Of a stretch of 36,990 nucleotides of DNA, positions 17,028 to 25,573 are shown in pieces. The position numbers and the translations under genes are program-made. The notes below the pieces were generated by a model. The model worked only from the letters and a program-made list of their open reading frames with translations, searched no databases and was not told the DNA's origin. Numbering within the stretch: position 1 is the stretch's first letter; the number at the start of each line of letters is the position of its first letter. The stretch is from a virus (lineage: Duplodnaviria > Caudoviricetes): the IMG/VR virus record IMGVR_UViG_3300017754_002147, positions 1 through 36,990 of that record, one strand, 5' to 3'.

Positions 17028-17993
17028 TGAATTAGCACATTGTGCTACACTAGTCCCTATAGTGACTTGGGACTGGTGGCATGTTTAGCAGAGAAGACTG
17101 GCGGTTAATTGACAGGGCAACATTGCTTGACCTGTATCGACGAAATTCCGCCGGACAAATAGCAGAACTTTATGGAGTCACAACCGGCGCTGTTCAGTAC
17201 CGGTTAAAGTCGTTTGGGATTAAGGCAATGGAAACCGGGTTAAAACACTCGCCCGGTCCAAAGCCAAAGTTCAATCCAGACCCGGATGAGTTCGCGGCGC
17301 TGTACAAGCGCATGAGCATGAAGCAAGTGGCTGCTCATTACGGCGTTGGCGAGACGGTGGTTTTCCACAAGGTAAAAGCCTTGGGGTTGGCTACGGTTAG
17401 CCGGTCTGAGCGATTGACGGGGAAACCCAAGACTCCAGAGCACGCAGAGAACAGCAGGAAAGCGAAAGTCGGCCTGTTTGCGGGCCCACGCAACCCCAAC
17501 TGGAAAGGTGGGGTTACACCAGAAAACGTACGAGCAAGAGCTACATCAGCGCATCGCGTCTGGCGAGAAACCGTGTTGAAAAACGCGAGGTATCGTTGTG
17601 AGCGATGCAAGATTGAGCAGGGTTCGCGTTGCAAGTGTTGTGGGCACACCATTCATCTGCATGTGCATCACAAAGTTCACTTTGCCGAAAACAAAGGACT
17701 TCGATACGAAGTCTCAAACGGCGAAGCGCTCTGCGAGAAGTGCCACCGCTCAGAGCACTATCAGCAAACTGGGTGAATTGCTGGGAAGCCCTAACGGTTG
17801 GTAGCCGAGGGTAATCAGCAGCCAAGCCGTGTATGTAAGCCGAAAGGCCCAGGGACACGGAAGGTTCAACGACTAGACGCCGCGCGAAAGCAGTAATGCG
17901 TCCACGAGCGCCCAGGCCGAAAGGCATGAGATAGTCTGAGCTTACGGGAAACCGTAAGAAGACAGGATAAAGAGCCTGTCGATAACATAACTG
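17028..17993 (+). ncRNA. Group I self-splicing intron (IA-like) in the major capsid gene
   Basis: Exon ends in U; P1 GGAU/U pairs with AGUCC 17052-56 (U-G at the site); P3 17769-75/17909-15; P4 TGCTG 17779-83/CAGCA 17816-20; R GTTCAACGACTA; P7 GACTA 17871-75/TAGTC 17932-36; P9 GAAA hairpin 17941-58; terminal G 17993. Confidence 0.92.
17081..17776 (+). CDS. Intron-encoded HNH homing endonuclease
   Basis: Two HTH-like repeats, NPNWKGG, CERC...CKCC...LHVHH...SNGEALCEKCHRSEH; lower GC; stop lies in P3. Confidence 0.88.
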   Translation: MFSREDWRLIDRATLLDLYRRNSAGQIAELYGVTTGAVQYRLKSFGIKAMETGLKHSPGPKPKFNPDPDEFAALYKRMSMKQVAAHYGVGETVVFHKVKALGLATVSRSERLTGKPKTPEHAENSRKAKVGLFAGPRNPNWKGGVTPENVRARATSAHRVWRETVLKNARYRCERCKIEQGSRCKCCGHTIHLHVHHKVHFAENKGLRYEVSNGEALCEKCHRSEHYQQTG

Positions 17994-18851
17994 GTTATTT
18001 ACCGCATCAGCCCCACCCAGACCCCGGTTCTGAACCTCGCGTCCAAGGCCAAAGCGACCAACACCCTGCACGAGTGGCAGGTGCAGGAACTCGCCTCGGC
18101 AGCGGACAACGCGCAGGCCGAAGGCGACGACGCCAGCAACAAGACGGTCACCCCGACCGTGCGTCTAAACAACCGGACGCAAATCTCCACCAAGACCGTC
18201 CAGGTCTCGGGTTCGCAGCAGAACATGAACCCGGCCGGCCGCAAGGACGAGCTGGCGTATCAGATGTCGCTGGCCTCGGCCGAACTGAAGCGCGACATGG
18301 AAAAGGGTCTCACGCAGAACGACGTGCTCGCCACGTCTCCGCGCAAGTCCCGTGGCCTGCGTGGTTGGGTGGTCGACAACTTCAGCAAGGCGGCTGACGC
18401 GACTCTGGCGAGCTACACGAACAACACCGGCTACACCGCCGGCACCACTCGTGCGTTCACCGAGACGCTGATGAAGTCGGTTCTCCAGCAATGCTACACC
18501 AACGGCGGTGAGCCCGACGTCATCATGATGCCGCCGGCCATCAAGCAGGTCTTCTCGACCTTCTCCGGCAACTCGACCCGGTTTGACAAGTCCGAGGACG
18601 CGAAGCTGTACGCGGCCATCGACTTCTATTACGGGGACTTCGGGACGCTGGAGGCGGTGCCGAATCGCTTCATGGCGAGCTCGGACGTGTACCTGCTCCA
18701 GACCGACAAGCTCGCCATCGCCTACCTGCGTCCGTTCCAGACCACGGAACTGGCGAAGACGGGTGACTCCGAGCGCCGGATGATTGTGGTCGAGTACGCG
18801 ATGGAGTGCCGTGCGCCCAAGGCTCACGGCGCCGTCTACGACCTGGCCTGA
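17994..18851 (+). CDS. Major capsid protein exon 2 (spliced protein 307 aa)
   Basis: Resumes in frame VIYRISPTQTP...HEWQ...EGDDA...NRTQI...ELKRDME...AYLRPF...LAKTGDSE. Confidence 0.92.
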   Translation, partial: VIYRISPTQTPVLNLASKAKATNTLHEWQVQELASAADNAQAEGDDASNKTVTPTVRLNNRTQISTKTVQVSGSQQNMNPAGRKDELAYQMSLASAELKRDMEKGLTQNDVLATSPRKSRGLRGWVVDNFSKAADATLASYTNNTGYTAGTTRAFTETLMKSVLQQCYTNGGEPDVIMMPPAIKQVFSTFSGNSTRFDKSEDAKLYAAIDFYYGDFGTLEAVPNRFMASSDVYLLQTDKLAIAYLRPFQTTELAKTGDSERRMIVVEYAMECRAPKAHGAVYDLA

Positions 18852-18860
18852 GTGTAACCA

Positions 18861-18887
18861 GGGGGGCTTCGGCCCCCCGCTTTGTTT
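18861..18887 (+). terminator. Hairpin/terminator after capsid gene
   Basis: GGGGGGC-TTCG-GCCCCCC followed by a weak U-tract. Confidence 0.65.
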
Positions 18888-18896
18888 GGAGTAAGC

Positions 18897-19361
18897 ATGG
18901 GCACTCAAATCAGGCAACGCGCTGATGGTGGCGTGGAGTTCGTCGAGGACAGTACCTCGTCGGTTCCGCTCGCCATTGGTGGCGGCTACAAGGGCGTGAA
19001 GGTCGCCAAGGTTGCGCTTGCGGGCGTGGCTGCGACGACCGGCGGCGCTCTGTTCTCGTGGGCGAACCCCGAGGGCCAGAGCATCATCGTCACCCGGTTG
19101 CAGATTGACATCACTACCAAATCCACCGGCGCGGCCAACGTGTCGTTCGGGGTTGCGGCCAACGGCACCACGTCGTCTGCCAACCTCATCGACACCTATG
19201 CGGCGGGCGGCACGGAGAAGGTCGTGGACAACCTGGCCGATGCCGGCACCAACGGCAAGGTCGTTCAAAAGATGACCTCCAGCCAGTTCATCACCGGCAC
19301 CGGGTCGGCAACGACCGCCGGCCTGGTGGGTAGCGTCTACATCCACTACGTCATCGCCTAA
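18897..19361 (+). CDS. Putative capsid decoration protein
   Basis: GGAG RBS; beta-rich, directly after capsid gene, bracketed by hairpins. Confidence 0.6.
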   Translation: MGTQIRQRADGGVEFVEDSTSSVPLAIGGGYKGVKVAKVALAGVAATTGGALFSWANPEGQSIIVTRLQIDITTKSTGAANVSFGVAANGTTSSANLIDTYAAGGTEKVVDNLADAGTNGKVVQKMTSSQFITGTGSATTAGLVGSVYIHYVIA

Positions 19362-19379
19362 GAGCATCTAGGCAATCCC

Positions 19380-19405
19380 AAAGGGGGGCTTCGGCCCCCC
19401 TTTTT
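19380..19405 (+). terminator. Intrinsic terminator
   Basis: AAAGGGGGGC-TTCG-GCCCCCCTTTTT; same stem as 18861. Confidence 0.85.
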
Positions 19406-19419
19406 CATTTCTGGCGCGC

Positions 19420-19743
19420 ATGAGACAAGTCATCCAAAACCCGGACGGCACGCAGACCGTCGTCGCACTCGAGGACGGCGCGCTTGTGACTGGCACGGTG
19501 CAAGACGCCACGCCGATTGCCGACATGACCAAGCGCCTGGCGAACGAGGGCATTCACGGCTCCAAAGAGATGCGCCACGCCGCGTCCATCCCGTTCGTCT
19601 TTGTTGAGCAGTATTGCAACGAGCGCGGCATCAGCTTTGCCGAGTTCTCGGCCAGCCAAGAGCACAAGCAAGCGCTCATCAATGACCCGGCGCTGGCGGC
19701 GTTTCGGGTCTGGAAGCCGAGCGTGGTGGGGGGTCTGCGGTGA
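19420..19743 (+). CDS. Conserved hypothetical head-completion-region protein
   Basis: MRHAASIP...INDP...FRVW. Confidence 0.7.
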   Translation: MRQVIQNPDGTQTVVALEDGALVTGTVQDATPIADMTKRLANEGIHGSKEMRHAASIPFVFVEQYCNERGISFAEFSASQEHKQALINDPALAAFRVWKPSVVGGLR

Positions 19744-20351
19744 GCCTTTCAAACTACAGCGACCTGCAATCCTCGGTTGCGTCGTGGCTGCACCGCTCGG
19801 ACCTGACGAGCGTCATCCCGGACCTCGTGACGCTGGCCGAAGCGCGGATTGCGCGCGACCTGCGCCTGTCCAACCAGCTCGCCACGGCCACGCTCACCTG
19901 CGTCTCGGGCACCAACACGGTGGCAGTGCCGAACGGGTTTTTGGAGTTTGAAAACCTGACGCTGAACACCGACCCGACGCGCGCGCTGGCGTTTGTGTCT
20001 TACGAGTACCTGACCACCAAGTACGACGAAGGCTACGTCGGCATTCCGGTGCATTACACGATCGCCGGGACGAGCTTGGTGCTGGGGCCGACGCCCGATG
20101 CCGCGTACACCATCACCGCGTCCTACTACAAGCGCCTCGACCCGCTCGCCTCGGTGAGCACCAACTGGCTGCTCACCAACCACCCCGGCGTTTACCTGTT
20201 CGGGACCTTGGCCGAGGCGGCACCGTTCATGCAAAACGACGAGCGCACCGGGCTCTGGGAGTCCAAATACGCGCAGGAAGTGGCACGCCTGCAAGACGCT
20301 GACCAGCGGGCGCAATACAGCGGCTCCGCGTTGCGAGTGAAGGCACTCTGA
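19740..20351 (+). CDS. Head-to-tail adaptor (podovirus gatekeeper-like)
   Basis: NYSDLQSSVASWLHRSDL...LAEARIARDLR...PTPD...NWLLTNHPGVYLFG. Confidence 0.8.
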   Translation: MSLSNYSDLQSSVASWLHRSDLTSVIPDLVTLAEARIARDLRLSNQLATATLTCVSGTNTVAVPNGFLEFENLTLNTDPTRALAFVSYEYLTTKYDEGYVGIPVHYTIAGTSLVLGPTPDAAYTITASYYKRLDPLASVSTNWLLTNHPGVYLFGTLAEAAPFMQNDERTGLWESKYAQEVARLQDADQRAQYSGSALRVKAL

Positions 20352-20872
20352 TGGGACTGGAAACTGGCACTTACATCTCGGACCTGAATGCGTCCAACCC
20401 GGCATCGAGTGACCCGAAGTCGCAGGGCGACGACCATATCCGGTTGGTGAAATCGACCGTCAAGGCGACGTTTCCGAATGTCAGCGGCGCGGTCACGCCG
20501 ACGCACACCGAGCTGAACTACGTCGACGGCGTGACCTCGGCAATCCAGACGCAGCTTGATGCGCGGGCCAAGATTGCCGGAACCATCACGGCGATGGCCG
20601 CGCTGGACGTGGACTGCTCTGCCGGCACCTACTTCACCAAGACCATCAACGCGAACTCCACGTTCACGTTCAGCAACGCGCCTGCCGGTGCCTACGGGTT
20701 TGTGCTGGAGCTCACGCACACCTCGGGCACGGTGACCTGGCCCGCAGCGGTGAAGTGGCCGGGAGACATCGCGCCAAACCTGACGACGGGCAAGACGCAC
20801 GTCTTTATCTTCATCACCGACGACGCCGGCACGCGCTGGCGTGGTGCGGCCAACGTGAACTACACGACCTGA
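20351..20872 (+). CDS. Tail-associated protein with C-terminal adaptor-like domain
   Basis: GDDHIRLVKSTVKATFP N-terminus; C-terminus TVTWPAAVKWPG..APNLT...FITDDAGTRWRG. Confidence 0.7.
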   Translation: MGLETGTYISDLNASNPASSDPKSQGDDHIRLVKSTVKATFPNVSGAVTPTHTELNYVDGVTSAIQTQLDARAKIAGTITAMAALDVDCSAGTYFTKTINANSTFTFSNAPAGAYGFVLELTHTSGTVTWPAAVKWPGDIAPNLTTGKTHVFIFITDDAGTRWRGAANVNYTT

Positions 20873-21495
20873 TGGACCCGCTGGTCATCAACCTTTTGGC
20901 AGGCGGTGGCAGGCCGTCCACGCTGGTGTTTCTGGATTCCGCCACGGCCAGAGCGCCGACCATCACCGTGCCGGCAGGTGTTCGCAACGGAGACGTGGGG
21001 ATTTTGCTGGACGCTGCAAGCAACACGGGCTCCACGCCAGCTTCCGTCACTCCGAGCGGGTGGACAAAGGTGCAAGAGAACTCCAACTTCCCGCAGCGCC
21101 AGATTTTCAGCGTGAAAGTGCTCACGGCGTCCGATGCCGGCGCAACGGTCACCGGGATGAGCGCCTTCAACGAAGACAAGACCCTGCTGGTTTTGCGGCC
21201 CGACATCCCTGCGGCGACGCTCACGACAGCAAGCGTCAACGGGCAGGCCACCTCATCGGCGCCCACCAATCAAACCGTCACCGCAAGCGCAGGCGCGGTT
21301 CCGTTGGTCGTGGTGGCCGGTTATACGAGCGGCACGCTGTCGCTGACCTTCTCGCCCACGCAAGACGGCACGGTCTCGACCACCTATCAGCAGTTGCGCT
21401 ACAAGATTTACAACAGCTCGCCGGCGGATGTCACGGTGGGCATGAGTGACGGCGGCAACAACGCCATGCAGTCGTTCTATTTGCAGGTGTCCTGA
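20872..21495 (+). CDS. Putative tail or receptor-binding accessory protein
   Basis: TGATG coupling; T/S-rich beta protein, ITVPAGVRNGD...TPSGWT. Confidence 0.6.
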   Translation: MDPLVINLLAGGGRPSTLVFLDSATARAPTITVPAGVRNGDVGILLDAASNTGSTPASVTPSGWTKVQENSNFPQRQIFSVKVLTASDAGATVTGMSAFNEDKTLLVLRPDIPAATLTTASVNGQATSSAPTNQTVTASAGAVPLVVVAGYTSGTLSLTFSPTQDGTVSTTYQQLRYKIYNSSPADVTVGMSDGGNNAMQSFYLQVS

Positions 21496-23030
21496 TGCCG
21501 ATTGTCACGATAAGCGACGTCGGCAAGGCCGGCTACATCGCAGACCAGCCCCCGCATGAGCTGCCGCCGAATGCGTGGTCGAACGTCTCCAACATCCGCT
21601 TCCTCGAGGGCGCAGCGTGGCGCGCTCTGGGAGACACGCAGGTCTTCGATGCTCCTGTAGTGACGCCGTATTACTTGGCGACCTACAACACCAGCGCGTC
21701 GCGCTTCATCGTTCACGCGGGCACCGGCGCGGTCTATGTCGACGACGGCTCCACGCGCACCGACATCACCGGCACCGCGCCGACCGGGCTCGCCGGAAAC
21801 CGCTGGACCGGTGGAACCCTGAACGGCGTGCTGGTGATGAACAACGGCGTGGACGTTCCCACCTATTGGGGTGGCAATGTCGCCAACAACCTTGCCAGCC
21901 TGACGGCGTGGAATGCCAACTGGAAGGCGGCCTCGTTGCGGCCGTTCAAGAACTATCTGGTGGCGCTGGATGTCACCAAGTCGGGCACGCGCTACCCGCA
22001 CATGGTGAAGTGGTCGCATACGGCCGACCCCGGCACCATTCCGTCAAGCTGGGACGAAACCGACCCGGCGGTCGATGCCGGTGAAGTCGACCTGGCCGAG
22101 ACCTCGGACTTTGTCATCGACTGCCTGCCTCTGGGCGGCACCAACATCATCTACAAAGAGCACTCCATGTACGCAATGACGTACATCGGCGGTGCGTTTA
22201 TCTGGCAGTTCCAGCGCCTGCCGGGGAGCTACGGTGCCTTGGCACCGGGGTGCATGACGGACACGCCAGTGGGCCATGTGGTGCTCACGCCGGGCGATGT
22301 GATTGTGCATCGGGGGGGCGAGCCTGAGTCCATCATCAGCGGCAGGTTAAAGCGCTGGTTGTTCTCGACCATCAACAGCTCCTACTACACGCGCTCGTTC
22401 GTGGTGACCAATCCGGCCAAGAACGAGGTCTGGATTTGCTTTCCGGCTGACTCCAACACGGCCTGCACCAAAGCGCTCATCTGGAACTGGCGCGAAAACA
22501 TCTGGTCGGCGCGGGACTTGCAGAACGCAACCTATGGGGCGGTGGCGCAATCGGCAGCGGTCGCGGATGACACCTGGGCGAGCGATTCGAATGCGTGGTC
22601 GAGCGATGCGACCGACTGGGGTGCGTCCGCGCTGATGCCGTCGGAGAAGCAGCTCTACCTCTGCACGACTGCGCCCAAGATTGTCACGACCGATACGTCG
22701 TCGACCTTTGCCGGCACGTCGTTCACGGCGACGCTTGAGCGCACCGGCCTCGCGTTGGGCGATGCCAGCGCGGTCAAGACCATTCGCGCCATCTACCCAC
22801 GGGTCGAGGGTGTCACCGGGCAGACCGTCTATATCCAAGTGGGTGCAGCGATGGACGTGGAGTCGGGCTACACCTGGTCGACGGCCGTGCCCTATGTCAT
22901 CGGCTCGACCTACAAGGCGGACACGTTCGCCACCGGGCGGTTCATGGCGGTGCGGTTTTACAGCACGGCCGATGCGACGTGGAAGGTTCGCAGCTACGAC
23001 ATTGATTACACCGTACAGGGCAAATACTGA
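21495..23030 (+). CDS. Tail nozzle / stabilisation protein (P22 gp10 or T7 gp12-like)
   Basis: 511-aa beta-rich protein, VKWS...W...AGEVDL, NEVWICFP; position after adaptor. Confidence 0.75.
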   Translation: MPIVTISDVGKAGYIADQPPHELPPNAWSNVSNIRFLEGAAWRALGDTQVFDAPVVTPYYLATYNTSASRFIVHAGTGAVYVDDGSTRTDITGTAPTGLAGNRWTGGTLNGVLVMNNGVDVPTYWGGNVANNLASLTAWNANWKAASLRPFKNYLVALDVTKSGTRYPHMVKWSHTADPGTIPSSWDETDPAVDAGEVDLAETSDFVIDCLPLGGTNIIYKEHSMYAMTYIGGAFIWQFQRLPGSYGALAPGCMTDTPVGHVVLTPGDVIVHRGGEPESIISGRLKRWLFSTINSSYYTRSFVVTNPAKNEVWICFPADSNTACTKALIWNWRENIWSARDLQNATYGAVAQSAAVADDTWASDSNAWSSDATDWGASALMPSEKQLYLCTTAPKIVTTDTSSTFAGTSFTATLERTGLALGDASAVKTIRAIYPRVEGVTGQTVYIQVGAAMDVESGYTWSTAVPYVIGSTYKADTFATGRFMAVRFYSTADATWKVRSYDIDYTVQGKY

Positions 23031-23275
23031 TGTATCAGCCGCTCGTACTACCGCGCGAACCGGCGCTGCTCGCCGATGCGGTGCAGCTTGAGCTTCAGCG
23101 ATTGGCGCTGCAACTGGCCGAGCCGCAGGAGTACCTGATGCTCAAAACGCTGTACGCCGAGCCTGTTCGGTTGCGCGAGGGAATGCTGGTGATGGCCGAT
23201 GGCACGACATGGAACCCCGGCAGCGGGGCCGGTGTGTACGCCTACCGGGGCGGTTCTTGGAGATTCTTGGGGTAA
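23030..23275 (+). CDS. Small virion protein
   Basis: ADGTTWNPGSGAGVYAY motif; TGATG coupling. Confidence 0.7.
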   Translation: MYQPLVLPREPALLADAVQLELQRLALQLAEPQEYLMLKTLYAEPVRLREGMLVMADGTTWNPGSGAGVYAYRGGSWRFLG

Positions 23276-23278
23276 GCA

Positions 23279-24547
23279 ATGGTGAACAACTACGCAATGC
23301 CGAACTTGGGTTTCGGTCAACCGGCCTATCCGCCACAGGGCTATCAAGGACCGCCTGCCGGTGCTCAAGGGATGCAGCCAGGCTACCAGGCGCAGCCTTA
23401 CGGTGGCGGTGGTGGATACGGATACGGGAACGGCGGCGGCTACGGCGGCGGCGCCTACCAGCCGAACCCGTACCTGCAACAGCAGGCTGATGCGATTGCC
23501 GGAAACGTCTCGCAGAACTACCTCTACAACGTCGCCCCGCAAGTGCGCTCGGGCGCGGTAGCGGCTGGCGGCTACGGTGGTTCGCGGCAGGGCATCGCTG
23601 AAGGTCTGGCGATGCGGAACATGAACCGGGACATCGCCAACGCGCAGGCCGACCTGTACGGCAAAGCCTACGAGTCGGACATGAACCGGCAGAACACGCG
23701 CGAGATTGCGCGGATGCAGAACGACACCACAATGCGCGGCCAGGACATGACCAGCAGCTTGGGCTATGCCGGTCTGGACAACACGCGGGGAATCGCCGAG
23801 TTGAATGCCGACACCGCACGCTACGGCACCGACGTGGGCGCCGAGACCACCCGGCGCGGTCAGGATATGACCAACGAGCTCGGCTACGCGGGGCTGGAAA
23901 ATACGCGCGGGATTGCCGAACTGAACGCCGAGACATCGCGTTACAACACGGACACCAGCGCTGCGGCGTCCCGGTACGGCGCGGACCGCAGCTCGGAAGC
24001 GTCGATGTACGGTGCTGACCGCTCTGCCGATGCGTCGATGAATAACGCCTCCACCGCCGCTGCGGCGTCTCGCTACAACGCCGACCAGTCGGCCGCTTCC
24101 AGCCGGTACGCCACGGATGCCAGCTACAACTTGGGGCTGGGAAACCTTGGCTATAACTACGCCAACCTCGACCGCACAATTGCCAACGACAACGTCGCCA
24201 ACCAGATTGCGCTGGGCAACTTCGGGTTGGGCGCCTACGACCGGATGATGGGCTACGAGGGCAGCGGGGTGACGGCCGGCACCAACATCCAGAACACGCC
24301 GCTGGATTACATGACTCGGTTCATGAACATGGCGACCAACGCCGGCGGTGTTGGCGGTACGGGCTCAAGCACCACGCCGTACTTCGGCAATCCGCTGGTG
24401 GGGGCCATTGGCGGTTATCAGATTGGCAACGCTGCCGCCAACGCATGGAACAACATCGGCAGAAGCGGCGGCACGACCGGCGGCGGTGGCGGTGGTTCCT
24501 ACATGGACTACCAGTCGCCCGATTACTCGCTCTACGGCCCCGGCTAA
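23279..24547 (+). CDS. Internal virion / DNA ejection (pilot-like) protein
   Basis: AGGYGGSRQGIAEG motif, 40-aa duplication, 11-aa repeats, Gly-rich ends. Confidence 0.7.
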   Translation: MVNNYAMPNLGFGQPAYPPQGYQGPPAGAQGMQPGYQAQPYGGGGGYGYGNGGGYGGGAYQPNPYLQQQADAIAGNVSQNYLYNVAPQVRSGAVAAGGYGGSRQGIAEGLAMRNMNRDIANAQADLYGKAYESDMNRQNTREIARMQNDTTMRGQDMTSSLGYAGLDNTRGIAELNADTARYGTDVGAETTRRGQDMTNELGYAGLENTRGIAELNAETSRYNTDTSAAASRYGADRSSEASMYGADRSADASMNNASTAAAASRYNADQSAASSRYATDASYNLGLGNLGYNYANLDRTIANDNVANQIALGNFGLGAYDRMMGYEGSGVTAGTNIQNTPLDYMTRFMNMATNAGGVGGTGSSTTPYFGNPLVGAIGGYQIGNAAANAWNNIGRSGGTTGGGGGGSYMDYQSPDYSLYGPG

Positions 24548-24559
24548 TAAGGACAAATC

Positions 24560-25573
24560 ATGGTTGATATGACCGCATTGGCGCAGATGTCGCCCGACGA
24601 AGCGCTGGCCTACCTGCGCGAAGCGTATGCCGGTGGCATTGGGCCTATCTCGGCAACCGGTGGCACCACCGAGGTGGACCCGATTTACTACCAAGCCGAG
24701 GGTTTCGCCCCCGGCGCTGGCCTCCGGCAGGCAGAAGACGGCCAATTCAGCGCGCCCCTTACGAGGACGTTTGACCCGGAGTACGAAGGCGGGGTCTACG
24801 GGAACTACGAAGGCGTGTTCGATGCCGACGGCAACCTGGTGGACGTGAAGTTTCGCAAGCAAGAGCGCAGCGATGGCTTCTTCATGGACAACCTGGAGAC
24901 CATCGGGCCGCTGGTTGTGCTTGGAGCGATGGGCGCCGGCGGCGGGCTGTTGGCGACCGAGGGTAGTGCCTTGGGCTCCGGCATCACCGCAGGCGGTGGT
25001 TCGGGCATTGGGGGCGGCGCGCTGGGTACGGGTCTGACGGCGGGAGTCTCGGGCGCCGGCATCGGTGGTGGCGCGCTGGGTACGGGTCTGACGGCGGGCG
25101 GGATGACTGCGGCGCAGCTCGCGGCAGCCGCTGGTGGTGGCGGCGGAACGCTTGCAAGCGTTCTGAGCGCGCTGGGTGGCGCGAAAACCCTGGTTCCTCT
25201 CGCCGGGGCTTTGATTGGTGCTGCCACTAGCGGCAACAGGACCGGCACATCGACCGCCACGCGCGAGCCGTGGGGGCCGGCGCAGGACTGGATAAAGGAC
25301 AACATCCAGAAGGGCCAGGCGCTGCAAGAGCGCTACGCCGAGAACCCGTTCAACGACTTGCAGAAGCAGGCGTACCAGAACGTCTTCAGCGGCATCGACA
25401 ACTACCGCAGCAACATCCTGCCGAACATCTTCTCCGGCATTAACTCGTGGCGGCCGTACTCGCGCACGGGCACCCAGAGCCCGCCGATGTACAACTTCCA
25501 AGTGCCGCAGGCAACGCCCTACGGGCAAATCAACTGGCAGGGTCTTCTCGGAGGCAGCAATGGGACTTCTTGA
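24560..25573 (+). CDS. Internal virion / ejection protein with Gly-rich hydrophobic core
   Basis: AGGA RBS; GGGALGTGLTAG duplicated; TATREPW motif. Confidence 0.65.
   Translation: MVDMTALAQMSPDEALAYLREAYAGGIGPISATGGTTEVDPIYYQAEGFAPGAGLRQAEDGQFSAPLTRTFDPEYEGGVYGNYEGVFDADGNLVDVKFRKQERSDGFFMDNLETIGPLVVLGAMGAGGGLLATEGSALGSGITAGGGSGIGGGALGTGLTAGVSGAGIGGGALGTGLTAGGMTAAQLAAAAGGGGGTLASVLSALGGAKTLVPLAGALIGAATSGNRTGTSTATREPWGPAQDWIKDNIQKGQALQERYAENPFNDLQKQAYQNVFSGIDNYRSNILPNIFSGINSWRPYSRTGTQSPPMYNFQVPQATPYGQINWQGLLGGSNGTS

Noticed and set aside
17028-17030. TGA read-through, genetic-code reassignment or a capsid pseudogene
   Set aside because: TGA is the normal stop throughout the genome, and intron removal restores the frame exactly
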